A stretch of DNA of 64,000 nucleotides from Zygnema circumcarinatum SAG 698-1b (Eukaryota > Plantae > Zygnematophyceae): positions 2,114,674 through 2,178,673 of the forward strand of contig CM074807.1 of NCBI GenBank assembly GCA_037447605.1, given 5' to 3'. Both the position numbers and the translations under genes were made by a program. Every line of letters starts with the position of its first letter. Position 1 is the first letter of the stretch. The notes under the pieces are model-generated. The model saw nothing but the letters and a program-made list of their open reading frames with translations, was not told the origin of the DNA and ran no database searches. Shown in pieces: positions 23,855-37,055 of this stretch.

Positions 23855-23905
23855 AATAAAGGTCACGCATTTGTGGAATTTGACACAGAGGAGGCAGTTC
23901 GAGCC
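23855..23905 (+). pseudogene. Isolated RRM RNP-1-like fragment
   Basis: NKGHAFVEFDTEEAVRA in ORF 23816..24052; no RNP-2 or linked exons recognised. Confidence 0.3.
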
Positions 23906-24379
23906 CCTCGCGTGGTTAAAGAGAGCCTCTCATGTTTTGCTGGCGAGTCATTCGTCAAACTGGGGGAAAGTGCCTGCATCGGGGCTTTATTGTGTCGATC
24001 AGGCTCCAACATTTTCTGGACTATTCACCTGATTTTAAGTTTGGGATTTTAAGTTTGGCATAAGTAACATAAGGAGGAGGAGAAGTGCAACAATGGGGCG
24101 CACCCAAAACAAAAATGACAATGTTATAAGAAAAGAGGAAGTTGACAACAGTTTCTTCTAAACCTCGTCGTCCTACGTCTACCGAGGCAATTCCTATAGT
24201 ATAAATTAAGCATTCATTTCTAAAAAATGGAATGAAAATGAAATCATACAATGAATCAAGGGCATAGAACTTGGCAGCTCCGCCTCAATGAACACTGGAC
24301 TGTACACTGACTGACACCGCCTTCCACCATCACCCTGTGAGAAAAGGAAGATTACAAGCCACCCTGAACTTCCTTTTCC

Positions 24380-27300
24380 CTATCCGCCACCCACGGCAAC
24401 TCCTACCACTTCCGGCTCACTCACTGCCCCCCCCTCTGTGTCGCTAGGCCGTCCACAGTACAGCTCCAGCCAATCGCTGATCTCAGCTAGCTTGTGAAGT
24501 ATACTTTCTCGAGCACGGTAGCCATGGCCTTCATGGGGGAGCATCACTAGGCGGCATTCGGCTCCGTGGCCCTTCAGCGCCGCGTAGAATCGCTCCGACT
24601 GAAAAGAAGACACCACCTGGTCAGTCTTGGAAGACAAGGAACAGTTCTAACCGACAATTAAACCAAATCGCAAGCGCAACAGAAACACTTAAGGGAAACC
24701 GGAGATTAACTCAGGTGCGGATGGTGCAAAATGCGTAAAAAGTTACTTACCTGCATAGGAAAGGTGCCCGCATTGTTGTCATCCTCCCCATGGATGAGCA
24801 GCAAGGGGCTCCTTATGGAGTTCGCCAACATGAAGGGACTCATCTTCATGTACACCTCCGGGACCTCCCATAGTGTGCGTTCCTCACTCTGCATAGCAAA
24901 TCCTCCTTCCTCCCAACTCACCACCTACAGACATTGCTGCCACCTCTACAAAATCATACTGAATCTGTGCATCACTTTTGTGCGAGAGACTAAGTTCAAT
25001 CTCCAATTGGCCCAACCAGGAGCTTTGGATAGCAAGTACTATTGAGCTGCTCACAAACAAGAGAATTTGCCAAAAGATAACAACATACTCGCGTACTTGA
25101 TGAGCTTTGAGCTGACCTGAAATCCAAATGGAGTGAATGTCCGATTGTAGGCGCCGCTCTCAGCAACCCCGCAGCAGAAAAGTTCGGGAGCGTGTGCCAA
25201 TAGGTTTGCAGCCATAAAGGCTCCATATGAATGCCCACCAATAGCGATTCTCTTCCTATCAGCGACCTGGGCGCACCGGTAGGCAGAGGCAGAAACAGCG
25301 ACTTCCTCATCAGCACAAAGCCGCCACACACAGAAAATGCCACAAAGCGTGCATGGATAAGGGACCTCACCCCGCGCCGTACGACTTCATCAACTGCTGC
25401 CTGGGCGCTTGCAACCAACTGCTCTACAAACCTGCAAAAAGACTCTATTCCCCCATCAACCTCCCTTCACTCACTGCACATTGCTCTTGCTCAGTCGTCT
25501 CCTTGAAGCATGTCCAGGATGCAGCTGGGTTCGGCGATGCACAGCAGCAAATTGTCAGCAAATCGGAGTCATAGGCAGCAAAGGAATGGCGGATTCAACG
25601 GACCTGTCGTTAGCTTCCTCGTCTCCCTCGCCAATGATGGGCATACTGGGCTCGCTCAGCACAGCATACCTGACAGTCACGCAAGTACACCGCACAAACT
25701 CAAGCAGATTCCACTCAGGGGCTACATCCGAAAAGTGTCGTACCAACTGTTCTCCAGTGTCCGGTCTTTCAACAAGAAGTCAGCTGAAGTGAGTCTGAAG
25801 TTATGTTATGCCCATGGGATAGATGGATGTCAACATGACGCACAGGCAAGCCCTTGTACAATCTGTGCTCTTGCTTAGTCTGCACTTCAGACCAACCCGC
25901 CTTCACCTAACAGGTTCAAGAGCTATGTAATGCACATTGATTTTGCTACAAAAAAGCAAAGTAGGCGTTAACTTAGGCTGCAGTCCTGCAAGCTCACATT
26001 AAGCATAACAAAAATGGTATGCAGCCTCACCCTCGAGCCAAGAATAGACGTTCAGAGGTCGCTGAAATGGAAGCAAACTGGTTCGGCGAGCCATACATCT
26101 GACCAGCTGCCTCTTTGCTTTTGTACTCGCGAGGGTATGCCCACATGAGAAGTGGGAGAGGGCCATCTCTTGCGGGGTCGTACCCAGGCGGTAGGTACAG
26201 CGTTGCTGTCAGCTGCACGCCATCTGGTCGCTCATAACGGATAATCTCCTTTGAAAGATCGCGAATGGATGGGTAGGGGTGAGGAGTTTCAGTGAGCTGC
26301 ACCAGGCTCTGATCGGGCCATCTGAAGCACAGAAGAGAACAAACAAGCTACTTCACTCAATATCACTACAATAGAATAGAATACAATAGAATGCCCTGCA
26401 TGTCTGCGCTGTAGTGGGGAATCAGAGAGTTTGCACTTAAATTGCAGAAGACCAGGATGGAAGTGAACCTGCGAAAAAAGTACTGCGGATTGTTCCGTTG
26501 TGTTTCCCGAGAGGTCAGTATCCTCAAGCTTTCCAGCGGGATGGGCCCTGGTTGCTGGTCAGACATGAGAGAGATAACCGATTCGTAAACTCCCTCTTCA
26601 TCATTCTGCCAGATTCTCTCCGTCTGTCCAGTCTCCCTGCACACATCCCCAATGTTTTCTTTGTTTTTAACTTTTGTGTACTTTCATCACCTGCTACTGC
26701 GCATGAACGTTATTACACTTTAAGTGCTTACTCTAACCTGACAAAGGAACAATCCTTCGCACTGGAACCGAAAAATGCGATTTTTCAAGTGAATGCAGCC
26801 AACTAAAGTTCAGGCTTTTGCAACTCAGAAAGCCGAAGGACCGCAACAAGGACATGACTCAAAGTACGGATTAAAAAGTTTCACGAAAGCCCCTAGGGGG
26901 GGATTGCTGAGACATTGAGCATGGAACCACTGAACTCACACATCTAAAAGATCCAAAAACGGAATATCACCCTCCGGGGTGGCACCGTCTCCATCCAAGA
27001 GCAGCCTCTGTTGCCCATCCGCAGTACTAATTTTTGCCAAAATATAAGAGCCCCACGGGGTGCGGCGTAGCATGGGACTCCCGGGGTTGGAGTAGCGGTC
27101 CTCTGATGAGCGATCGAAGAGGAGAAACGGTTCCTTTGAAGGTGATCCGGGAGAGATGGTCCATGTGCGAGTGCGGCGGGTCTTCCACCAACTCTCGTAA
27201 ACAAGGGCCAAATCATCATCGCCCCAGCTCACTCCCCTGCATTCGGAACAGAGACACGGTTTTGAAGGTTAAGAACCGTATTTTCATCGGCACATACAAC

Positions 27301-30300
27301 TTCAGACTGCTCCAATCTCGACGAACGTAACTGAAAGCACTGAACGTTTCGATGCATGAGAGGAGGACACTGCATTGAGTGTTTATAGGTGACTGGGGAG
27401 GGTTAAAAGCACCCACGCATATCGAAGGTCCAGCTTGTGCAGTACTTGTGGTTCCTCCCCTGGGCTTGGCTCAGCTGGAAAGGAGTACAGAATATCCCGT
27501 GGAGAGACTTCTACCCGGGCATCTCCCCCATCCTGCGTTTCCACCCTGTACTTTCCAATCCATTCACACCCCTACCATCAAGGTTCAGCATCTCTACGGT
27601 AACGAGAACATCGCCCATGCCAGACTCCATGTTTGCCAGGGCCTAAAGTCATGGCGAATTTTCTTAAGTCAAATCCTGTAAGTTCAGTACATATCTGTCG
27701 CGGATGCTTGCTTTCAGCAGTCCATGAACTTCGTACGGAAACAGCAGCGAAAGGGTGGGTCTCTAATCTTCGAGCGAAGGGTACAACAAGCAACCGATGG
27801 TGCCCGGGAGTTATTGCCCGTTGCCTTTGCGGAAAGGTAGAAGAATAACTGCTATTTTTTTGACGATCTGTTCATGGTATGCAGAAAACGCACCAGCATA
27901 GTGACGACGGACGGTCAGATCTCCAGTTGATCGAACGTCTTCCCGGTCGCACACTGTTGAACGCAATTGGGATGTTTTCCGCTAATGGAAGCAGCGCTAC
28001 CTCTTGCACTACAGAACCATCCAATGTCCACACCTCAACACGTTTGGGGAAACGACCACAAGGTACGAGGAAGGAAAAGGGCCGCTCGAGGTTGGCCACA
28101 AGCAGGTACTTGCCATCATTTGATGGCTCCACCTGCAAGCAGCCATTGAGGGCACGATTGAGATTCTGGGTCATGTGAGTATGGGAAACCCCTGAGGGGG
28201 GTAAAGTGGAGCAGGCCAGTTTTTGATATGCAACTGCAGGGTCACATTGCAACGACAGCCGGTACACTACCATCAAATTACTAGATTTATGCGGGAACCC
28301 TGAAATGTGATTCTCTGATATTATGAACAACCAAACAATAACACGTTAGCAGAAAGCCGTATCCCAAAGCAAACTGTTCCTTCTAAATCGACCAAGCTCC
28401 GAATTGCTGAAACTTTTGCCAGGCAAGTCAGAACATTTATTACGCAACGGTTTAATCGAAGAAAAAAAAAACAAATCTGAGCTTTTATCCGTTGCTCATG
28501 CTGCTTACCGCTGTAAACATCTTTGGCTCACCGAGCATTTCCCAAGACCCATCGAGTCCTACGAGCAGAAGCTGGCTTGTGCCGTAGTATTCAAAAAGCT
28601 CCTCATCGTGGCTATCTTTAAGCAGGTCTTGGTAAGTGCGCGCCTGTGCCTTGCTGCCACGCTCATTGCTCTGCACAATTGGCCCTTTGGGAGCACGCGG
28701 TCTGACAGGAGCAGGCGGGCGGTCGGCAGGAACAGTGCACACCACAAGAGTGGTGTCATCAACCCACGAATACCTGCGGATGCACACCACAAGCGTCCCT
28801 CAGCAACAATTCGATGCCCCCTGTTGGACTTTAGATATCAGCGAATGTGTGCATTGAGGCATTACGAGTGAGGCATAAGCTACACATCATCACGCAAAGT
28901 TGTCCTAAGCAAGCAAAAGTCAATAGGCACACGAAACTCACGAATCAAAAACCGTATTTAATGCATGTTCTGAATTGTTTAACAAAGGACGGGCTTCTCC
29001 CGTTGCCACGTCAGCTATCCACAAACCAAGCATGCTCCTCGAACCACCACCCTGCATGATTTCAAGCGAGTCACCGTTTTTCTTGCACAATAAGCGATAC
29101 TGAATCTGACGGCAAGTCACATATTCAAGGTTGACACCCTGGTTGCTTCCTCCCCACCGCACCTTCTTTAATCCCTAACAAGCTAGGTTGCAAGCTTCAA
29201 AGACATTGCTCAGCAAAGTTTCGATTTAATTCATCGCATCTACAAAGGCCATCATAGAAACAGCAAAACTGGGATGGTAGCATTCCAAACTCTCCTCAAT
29301 TTTCCAAAGCAACTACATCAATAGCTGAAGCTACAGTGGCCCCTGTGGCTTTCTCTTCCAGCACTATTATTGATGTGGGTAGCGCATATATGAAAGTTGA
29401 GTATTATCAGCTTTACATCCTTGCTTTCTGCTGCATGAGCATATCTCTCCACAATCCTAAAAGTGTCACTACCGAACTTGAAGCATCCTGAGCGCAGTGC
29501 TCCGCAGACTTGTTTAAACTCTCATCAGCCTCGCTTAATTCTTCAAGTTCAAGCTTAAGGCGAGACACTCATTGACACTCACTCACTCACACTCGAGACA
29601 CTCATAAGAACCTTGCCTTTCAGCTTCCTGCCTTCACAGCGAAGGCTTGTCTATGCAAGATACCATTCGCAAATGTGGAGGAAAGTCACTTTGCATTATT
29701 CCAGAAAACCACAATTTGCAGAAGAATGAGCGTACCTCCTCATCTGTGCGAATAGTAAATGCAAGATGACGACCATTTGGCGCCCTGCAAAATCGAACGA
29801 CACGTTCTGTAAGCCATATTACTCACAGTTTTATCTGCTAAAGACCAGATCGAATCACTTTCGCCAATTCTCACTGTATGGTCCATACTTGAGGGGTTTC
29901 AAACGCCCCTTCAGTAACCAGCTGAACGATTTACTTCTGTCAAAATGGAGGCGTGTGGCAGTGAAAATCAAATTAAACGAGATATTAAGGGCATAAAAGT
30001 TGGACGAACCAGCTAATAAAATTTATTTTAGCACCAATGGGTAAATTCACAACTTCTCGCTTTTCCCCCAAACTGTCATCCTCCAACAGCTTGCAGATGC
30101 TGATGCCAGAATAAAAAGACCTGCAACACGAGGAAGAAGTAAACTGAGCCGAGGGGAACCGTTCACAGAAGTTAGTGCAAGCAAAGCGAGAAGCAGGACC
30201 ATGTCAGAAGAGAGTCATCGTCAAAGGTCTTAATTTACGTCACACGATAGTTTTAGATCGTTTGCACGATATACTATCAGCAACTAGCCCTGCAGTGCCT

Positions 30301-31202
30301 TCCGAGTAGAAAGGTGCAGCGATTAGGACCTCAGAGAAGAGCCACATACATTCGACTGCGTGCATTGCATTCTGGATCAATACGCAGACCCGCCAGCTTA
30401 AGCTCAGGGCGAGCAAACTCGGATATTGGTGGTAAAGAAGGGCGATGCAAGTACAGCACTTGGTCCCGTTCTGGAGAAAATGATAGTGCCGGAGAAGCGG
30501 GAGCATCAACAATATCTAATATTTCTTTAGGGGGAAGGAGATAGGTGGAATCCGTGTTCGCAGCTCCTGTGTGAATTTATAAACGACAACAAAGTCAGCA
30601 ATTTTTTTGACGAAATGATCCCGACTTCATGCATTTGCATGCGTGGCCCCTAAGAATTTGAGTACAGCGTTCATAATTTGCCCTGTAGTGAAATGACAAC
30701 TTTCATCTTGACAAAGTGACAAGATGGTCTCACCATTTACTCCAGCCCCTCCTGCTGTATCAGACTCCTCTGTGGATACTGTGCTTGCACGTGTTAGCCC
30801 TGCATTTGAAACTTGGCCAATTCCCCGTCCAGAGGACTGGCGAAAGGCATGAGACCGCAAACCTGAGTGTAAACTCTCCTCACTGCCGGAAGAGCCGCTT
30901 TTGAATTCTGCTTGGAGGCCGCTCGGTCTGCGAGGTCCAAAAGAAGAAGAAGAAGAAGTACAGAAGAGCCTCCTCGGTTGCCTTGAGTGCTTCGCTTGCC
31001 TTGTTTCCTTCAACAAATGGTCCAGTCTAATTGCAGAATTCCGGGAAACAACGCCGGGATCACAGACCGTGACCGATATGCGTCGGCTACCGCTTAGCTG
31101 CAATTGCAGCCTCACAGAGCTCACATCTTGGAAAAGGGCTTTGGTTGAGTGGAAAGGCCAAAGCGAGTACGAGAAACGCGCTGCCGCACCTGCGGAAGGC
31201 AT
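24380..31202 (-). CDS. GEP: Chloroplast glutamyl endopeptidase (peptidase S9D, prolyl oligopeptidase family)
   Basis: About 16 GT-AG exons. Ser-rich transit peptide, PPKEILDIVDAP, ELKLAGLRID, ARTYQDLLKD, YERPDGVQLTATLYLPPGYD, WAYPREYKS; catalytic triad in GGHSYGAFM (Ser), IHGEDDNN (Asp) and LPHEGHGY (His). Confidence 0.95.
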
Positions 31203-31773
31203 GACTTCTACCACAGACCTTTAACCTGCACTAAGCAGCCTCCGGCCGTGCAGGCATTGGCTTCCCTCCAGCTCTGGCAGGGCGCTGCACAGGAGCAGGC
31301 GCTGCAGGGAGAGCCGGAGAGGGAGAGCTGGAGAGGGCAGTGCTGCAGGAGGCCGGGGAGCGGGAGTCTCTCCCATCCGCTGCCACGTGGACTCACTCTC
31401 CTTGACTCAATCTCAACGCAGTTACGTAAAGCGTTGAAACCATCGCCAGCGTTCAATGTGTCCGCACAGTTTCCAGTTCTGTTCGAGTAGTGTCCGATTC
31501 AACTGCGCCGGTAGCATGTTATCCTGTAAAATTTGTAGCCAAAATAGTTGAAAAAAGTCGAGGAAAAATATAGTGGAGCGTGGCGTGCCAGGATTGGTTC
31601 CGCTCGTCTCGGGTGGTTGGTCGACCGATCGTTGTTTTTCCATCAAATTGGTCAAACTATATCAGTCAGTCATGACTCCTAACCAACAAACGTTTTTTTA
31701 GTCATCAGGCAGAGAGAGCCTTTGAGAGTGGCAGGAGGGAGGGTCGTAGGAGGTTCCTGCTTGCTCGGGCGCC

Positions 31774-34700
31774 ATGGAGGCGAGAGCAGCGTTGGAGGGC
31801 ATTCGCACGGAGCATGTGCTTGGCAGGCGCCATGGACCCTCGCTCGGGCAGCCTGCGCAGCTGCTTTCAAGGCGGTACTCTGTTTCTGTGTGCCTCACTC
31901 CTAAGGAGAGCTCCGCGCGGCAGAGAAAGGAGGCTGCAGGGGTGCGGGCATCCCATGAAGAAAGCTCCAGGTAGAGATCATGCTGAATATTGTGAATGAG
32001 ATGCGCATATGTCTAGCAAGAATTGCAGTTTTATGCGGGCAGGTTTAATTCGGCTATGGGACTGCGCGTTAAGTTTTTGGATAAGGTTTTCTTTCGGCTA
32101 GTTGTCGAACCGGTTGCGAGTACTGGTATTGGTGAGCAGCATTATCAGAGTGACGTGCGAAAAGTTATAGCTACAAAGCTGGCGATCAGAGCTTCCCTTC
32201 TCTCGATTCAAAAGATCTTGGCTGCCGAGTCCAATGTAGGCTGCCGAGTCCCATGTACCTTGCACGAGCCCTGTAGCTGCGCAGTTAGACGAGCTTGGAA
32301 GATAAGTGGGCTCTGTTGGCAGAATGCTTTATTGTGTGTGCTGCCACCAACAGCTCTTCGTTCCTTCCCGCAGTGGCAGGTCTGCACTTCAGCTTACAGA
32401 AGTTCTTGCAAAGTCTTTGTGGGGGAAAGGCCTCCCTCCCGGTGCTCTTGTGCAGGCAAGCAATCTTCTCCCACTTTGTTTAAGACATCCACTCGGCGCA
32501 GAATACTTAGCAAACTTTGTGTTAAATTCTTGATGCCTACTATTCGATATCACTGGATGCATGGAAAAGCAGCCTTCACCGTGTATTTTTAAGTGCTTGA
32601 AACATCTTTTGCAGTTGGGCAGAATGCAGAAAATTGCTTTGAGACTCTTTTGAACTTTTGCAATGGCCGACGTCCGGCTTGTTTGTCTACCAATTGTCAA
32701 TATGGCCAAGAGCTTAAATTGGCGACTTTCTTCAATTGTCCTCTTTTTAGCAGAGAAATTCAAGTACCGGATAAGAAGGGCATGCTGAAATGGGAGGAGT
32801 GTGATGAATTTTGGAAAGCAGGTTGTGCGGAACACATGGACGCTTGCCTGGAGTGTCATGATGGGTCAGTTAGCCCCACAGTCAGCGGGGGGAGCCTACA
32901 CGCGGCCAAAATCGGAATTCCGTGGCAAAGTGCAGAAGGGCGGGAAATACCCTCCAGAAGCAGGCCGCTATCATCTTTACGCTGCTCTTTCATGTCCGTG
33001 GGCTCACAGAACTCTCATAGTTCACTCTCTCAAGGGTTTGGCGAACGTAGTTCCTGTATCTGTGGCAGTACCTGGGGACTCAGGCTTGTGGGAGTTTAGA
33101 CCAGGCAAGCAGCAGCAGCCTTTGAGTGGACTCTACGAAGGGGCAGCTGGACAAGCTTCTTTCCAGCCAACTAACGATCGGGCAAACGGATGCGAACGCT
33201 TGAAGGATGTCTATGGGTTGCGGAGTGGCGGATATGATGGGCGGTCCTCTGTGCCCATGGTGTGGGACACCATAAGGAGGTGTGTTAGCTTGAAAGGCTC
33301 TTAGTTCAACTCAGCCAATGGGTTTTTTTTTTTTTTCGCACGGTTCATGGTGGAATCTTGAATTTCAGTCAGGTTCCGCTCTTTGCGGTAATGAGGAACA
33401 GGTGAAGTGTAGTCGGAGCATTTGTGTGATGTTGATGGGTGGGCCTCAGGGCTCCAATTACGATTCAGAGAAGTGGTGAACAACGAGAGTGCTGATATTA
33501 TAGAAATGCTCAATTCTTCCTTCAACGACTATGCTGAGCACCCAGAGCTGGAACTTGCACCGGAACATGCACGAGAACAGATGGACGCGTGGAATGCCGA
33601 AATTTATGAAAATGTCAACAATGGTGTCTACAGGTGAGTGGGGCTCAGTCGATAATAGAATGTAGAGAAAACAAATTGGGTAATGAAAACTGTTTCATGT
33701 ACCAGTATGGTGAAATTGTACATGCCTGCGGTGCGGTCCAGTTGCAGGTAGATGACCTTTTTGAAGTCCATGATGGGAGCACTATGCGTATTTTGCAGCT
33801 GTTTGGCAAGGTGAACACCAGCAAGCAATGAAATTTATTGTCAAATTCTCTGCTCTTGTGATTGTGTTTGTGCAGATGTGGTTTTGCAACTTCCCAGGAC
33901 TCTTACACAAAGGCTGTGACAGATCTCTTTCTAACTCTCGACAAGCTGGATGAGCACTTGAGGATAAATCGCTACATCTGCGGAAACTCCCTCACACTTG
34001 CAGATGTCCGTCTCTTCACAACGCTCTACCGCTTCGATCCGGTGTACCATACGCTCTTTAAGTGCAGCCGCCAAAAAATAGCCGAGTATGAACACCTTGG
34101 TGGTTACCTGCGAGAGCTCTATCAGGTCAGTAATCGAGTCAACTGCGTGGTGGATCATTTGAATTTGTGATGCGTTTGAATTGTTGATGGCTGCATTGTT
34201 CTTGGTGTGCTTCAATTACTGGTGGCAAAATCTCAACTTAGCCATTCCTAATTGCTAGAGGGAAATTCCTAGCCACGGACTAGTGAGCGAAGGGAACTTC
34301 TTAGCCACCGAATAGAGACAACGGGAAATTCTTAAGACTAATGACTTACGAAGTAGCGGCTAACCACACGTTAGTAAATACTGGTTACATTTTAAAACAG
34401 CTTGAAACAAAATGAACATGTTCCTGTCTATCTGTTGCCATTTGCTGCCCATGTATTGCCATGCAATGGCTGGTTCACATGTGCAGTCCAATAAGTTTCC
34501 AAGCATCTTAAAACTTCCTCTCGAAACTTTTTGGAACTGATGCCAGATGGGTACAGCAAGCCGAGTTGCTGACAGTTCCGTCCCTTCACTGTCCTATTTC
34601 TCTGTCGATCCGGGCAGATGCCGGCAGTCGCAGCCACATGCGACATGGATGCCATCATGCGCAGCTACTTCGGGTCGCTCTTCCCCCTCAACCCGGGGGG

Positions 34701-34788
34701 CATTGTGCCGCTCGTGCCCTCTGCTTCGACAGCGACTGAATTACTGCGAAGGCACGACAGGGCTGCTGTCACGAGCATGCGCAGTTGA
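31774..34788 (+). CDS. Glutathionyl-hydroquinone reductase (GHR/Xi-class GST, YqjG/ECM4 family), probably plastid-targeted
   Basis: Exons 31774-31970, 32374-32455 (GC donor), 32822-~33279, ~33469-33633, ~33876-34125, 34618-34788. SLWGKGLPPG..WSVMMGQLAP, RYHLYAALSCPWAHR, GRSSVPMVWD, VVNNESADII, NNGVYRCGFA, ADVRLFTTLYRFDPVY, LNPGGIVP. Confidence 0.93.
34259..34345. repeat. Degenerate ~32-bp tandem repeat (about 3 units) in the last GHR intron
   Basis: GGGAAATTCCTAGCCAC.. / GGGAACTTCTTAGCCAC.. / GGGAAATTCTTAAGAC.. Confidence 0.55.
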
Positions 34789-35219
34789 AGCTCTCTATTG
34801 TTCTATGCTTGTGTCTTGCGGGAATCTGATGATGGGTGACACTTTGAAAAAGTGGCATGGGGGGTATAACAATGATGGCAGGGGAAGGCAGTGGAGGCAG
34901 GCGCGTGTGTTTGCAACTAAGTTTTTGACAGGTCTCTGCACTCTTGTCGATTTTTTCTTTCCACAATTTTGGACATCGCTAAAGTGCGTTTTTTTCCATC
35001 TGATTGTTCCGTTCCAAGCTACATGTGCCGGCAACGGCTGTCGAGGCGCAGTGTGTTGTTGTCGATGACATGCAGCAGAAGCCATCGGAGGTGATTGCTG
35101 GATGTCCTGTTCTGCCATGGACCGTGCTGGCCCCAAGGAGGCGCCAACCAAGCTGTAAGCTGCAGGGCAAACTGACACGCGTCCATAGGATGTCGCAAAC
35201 GTCAGCGGAGTGCTGAGCG

Positions 35220-35800
35220 CACACCCACTCGCGGCCCGCCCTCATCTTCGGCTCTGCCATGCGGCGCCGCGCACGGCCTGTCTGTTTCCGCTGCACGCAC
35301 GCTCCAGCCGAACGCCACACCCGCCCTGCCAACTCGCCACGCGTGCGAAAGTGTGCGCGTAACGGGCCGCCGTTGGCAATGCCTCTACGTACTGTAGTTC
35401 GGCAATGGAAGCAGGCCCAGGGCAGGGCCGCCCTCCCTCCCTCCCTCGCAAGCAAACGCACGTCAAGTTGTGTACTGTACAGAAAGTAGTCCTGGCGCTA
35501 GGCAGGCGGGCGGGCGGGCGGGCGGGCGGGCGGGCGCGACGGCGCAGGGCCGTGGGTGGCCGTCCTCCCTGTTCGCCGCCGCAGGCAGCTGTGATCCTTG
35601 CTGCCGCCGTACGGACGGACGGACGGGCGTGCGTACGGCGGCGTGCTCAGCCTCAGCGGCGGGGCGGGGCGGGGCGGGGCCTTCCTGCGGTGCGTGCGCG
35701 GCACGTGACCACGGCGGACTGAAAACGGCGGATGCATGCGCCTGCGAGGCAGGAAACTTCCACGATGCACGCACGCCAGCCAGCCGGTCAAAAGGACGAC
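35220..35800. promoter_or_regulatory. Orphan GC/CpG island with (GGCG)n and (GGGGC)n runs, a G-box and GTAC motifs
   Basis: Same composition as the islands at gene starts in this window, but it lies between two convergent 3' ends. Confidence 0.4.
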
Positions 35801-37055
35801 CTTGACTACGGCAAGCCTAAAATGGGCAATCAAGATTTGTTTTAGAATTTTTACCGTCTAGCGAAGACTGGAGAATGCGTCTGGACTCGCTGCCCTGCCT
35901 TGTATTTCAGGCTGTGTTACTGTTTTGCGTAAAGCTGATGAACAGAGATGCATGCCATGAGAAGGGTTGAGCAGTGTTCCAATTCAAACAAGCTGGAAAT
36001 TTTTCTTACCTGATTCTCAAAGGAGGCTTTGAGTACAAATTGATCAGTAGATTATCGCTTTGCATGTGAAGGAAGCCACAGGCAGCTTTGTGTCACATGG
36101 AGGAATGCTAATCACAAAGCTGGATACTACCAGCAAGTCTTAAAAGTAAACACCAAGTCACGTTTGTGTACATCATTCACAAACAGACTTCACTTCCATC
36201 ACAACGACTCTGCTTTTCACTTCACACATTTGAGTTCAAGAAACCACGCATAGTCAGTCCTGAAATGGCCACCTTTCATTTAACAAGAAAGCAACATCCT
36301 TTGCTTGGAGGCATCCAGGTTTGGTCGCACACTCCAGAGAGGCATTACGCTATAAAGAAGTCAAGAATGGCCCCATTCAAAAACTCTTTCACGCACGCAT
36401 TGAACCCGCGACAAACTACCGCATCTTCAAAGGAACCCCAGTATTTAGAATAAATGTCATTCCAGGAGTGGGAACAAAAAGAAAAGCAATGTGAATCTGC
36501 CCTGCTGCGTAAATCACCCCATCCTCCCACGTCTACTCCTACATTATACAACACTGGCTAAAGAATGTCGTCTGCATGTCGTGTTCCGCAAAAAAAAAAG
36601 AACTTCCCAAATTCTTCAAGGAATAAATAATTTGATGAGGTTCGCCCTTATCCCTAGACAAAGGAGATGCCGCTGTGGACGTGCCCAGGGAGTGCCAAGC
36701 AAACCGTTTGACCAAGCGGTGTTATTTGACTAGACTAGGATTAGTAGGGAGGAGAGCGAGAACCAAACTTGAGACACCTCGTGCAGCCCCTCTTGTTACG
36801 ACACATACACTAGTGCCAAAATAGACCCCTCTAGCCATGGTTGCGGTTGACCCTTCGCGACGCATTACGTTGGACTCGATGAGAGCCCTTTGATTAGACG
36901 CGTCTTGCAGTGGAAGAACCTTATTGCACTTTTGGAACTTCCTTGTCGAGCAGTAGAGGTAACCTCCGATGGGTCAGAAAGCTTCATTGTTCAAATGGAC
37001 CAAATGGCTTGCCCTAGAAAAACTCCTAAAGACTGTCTGTGTTAAGTGCCTACCA

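Noticed and set aside
31488-31660. Possible TIR element in the GEP/GHR spacer
   Set aside because: The ends match only loosely and no TSD is visible.
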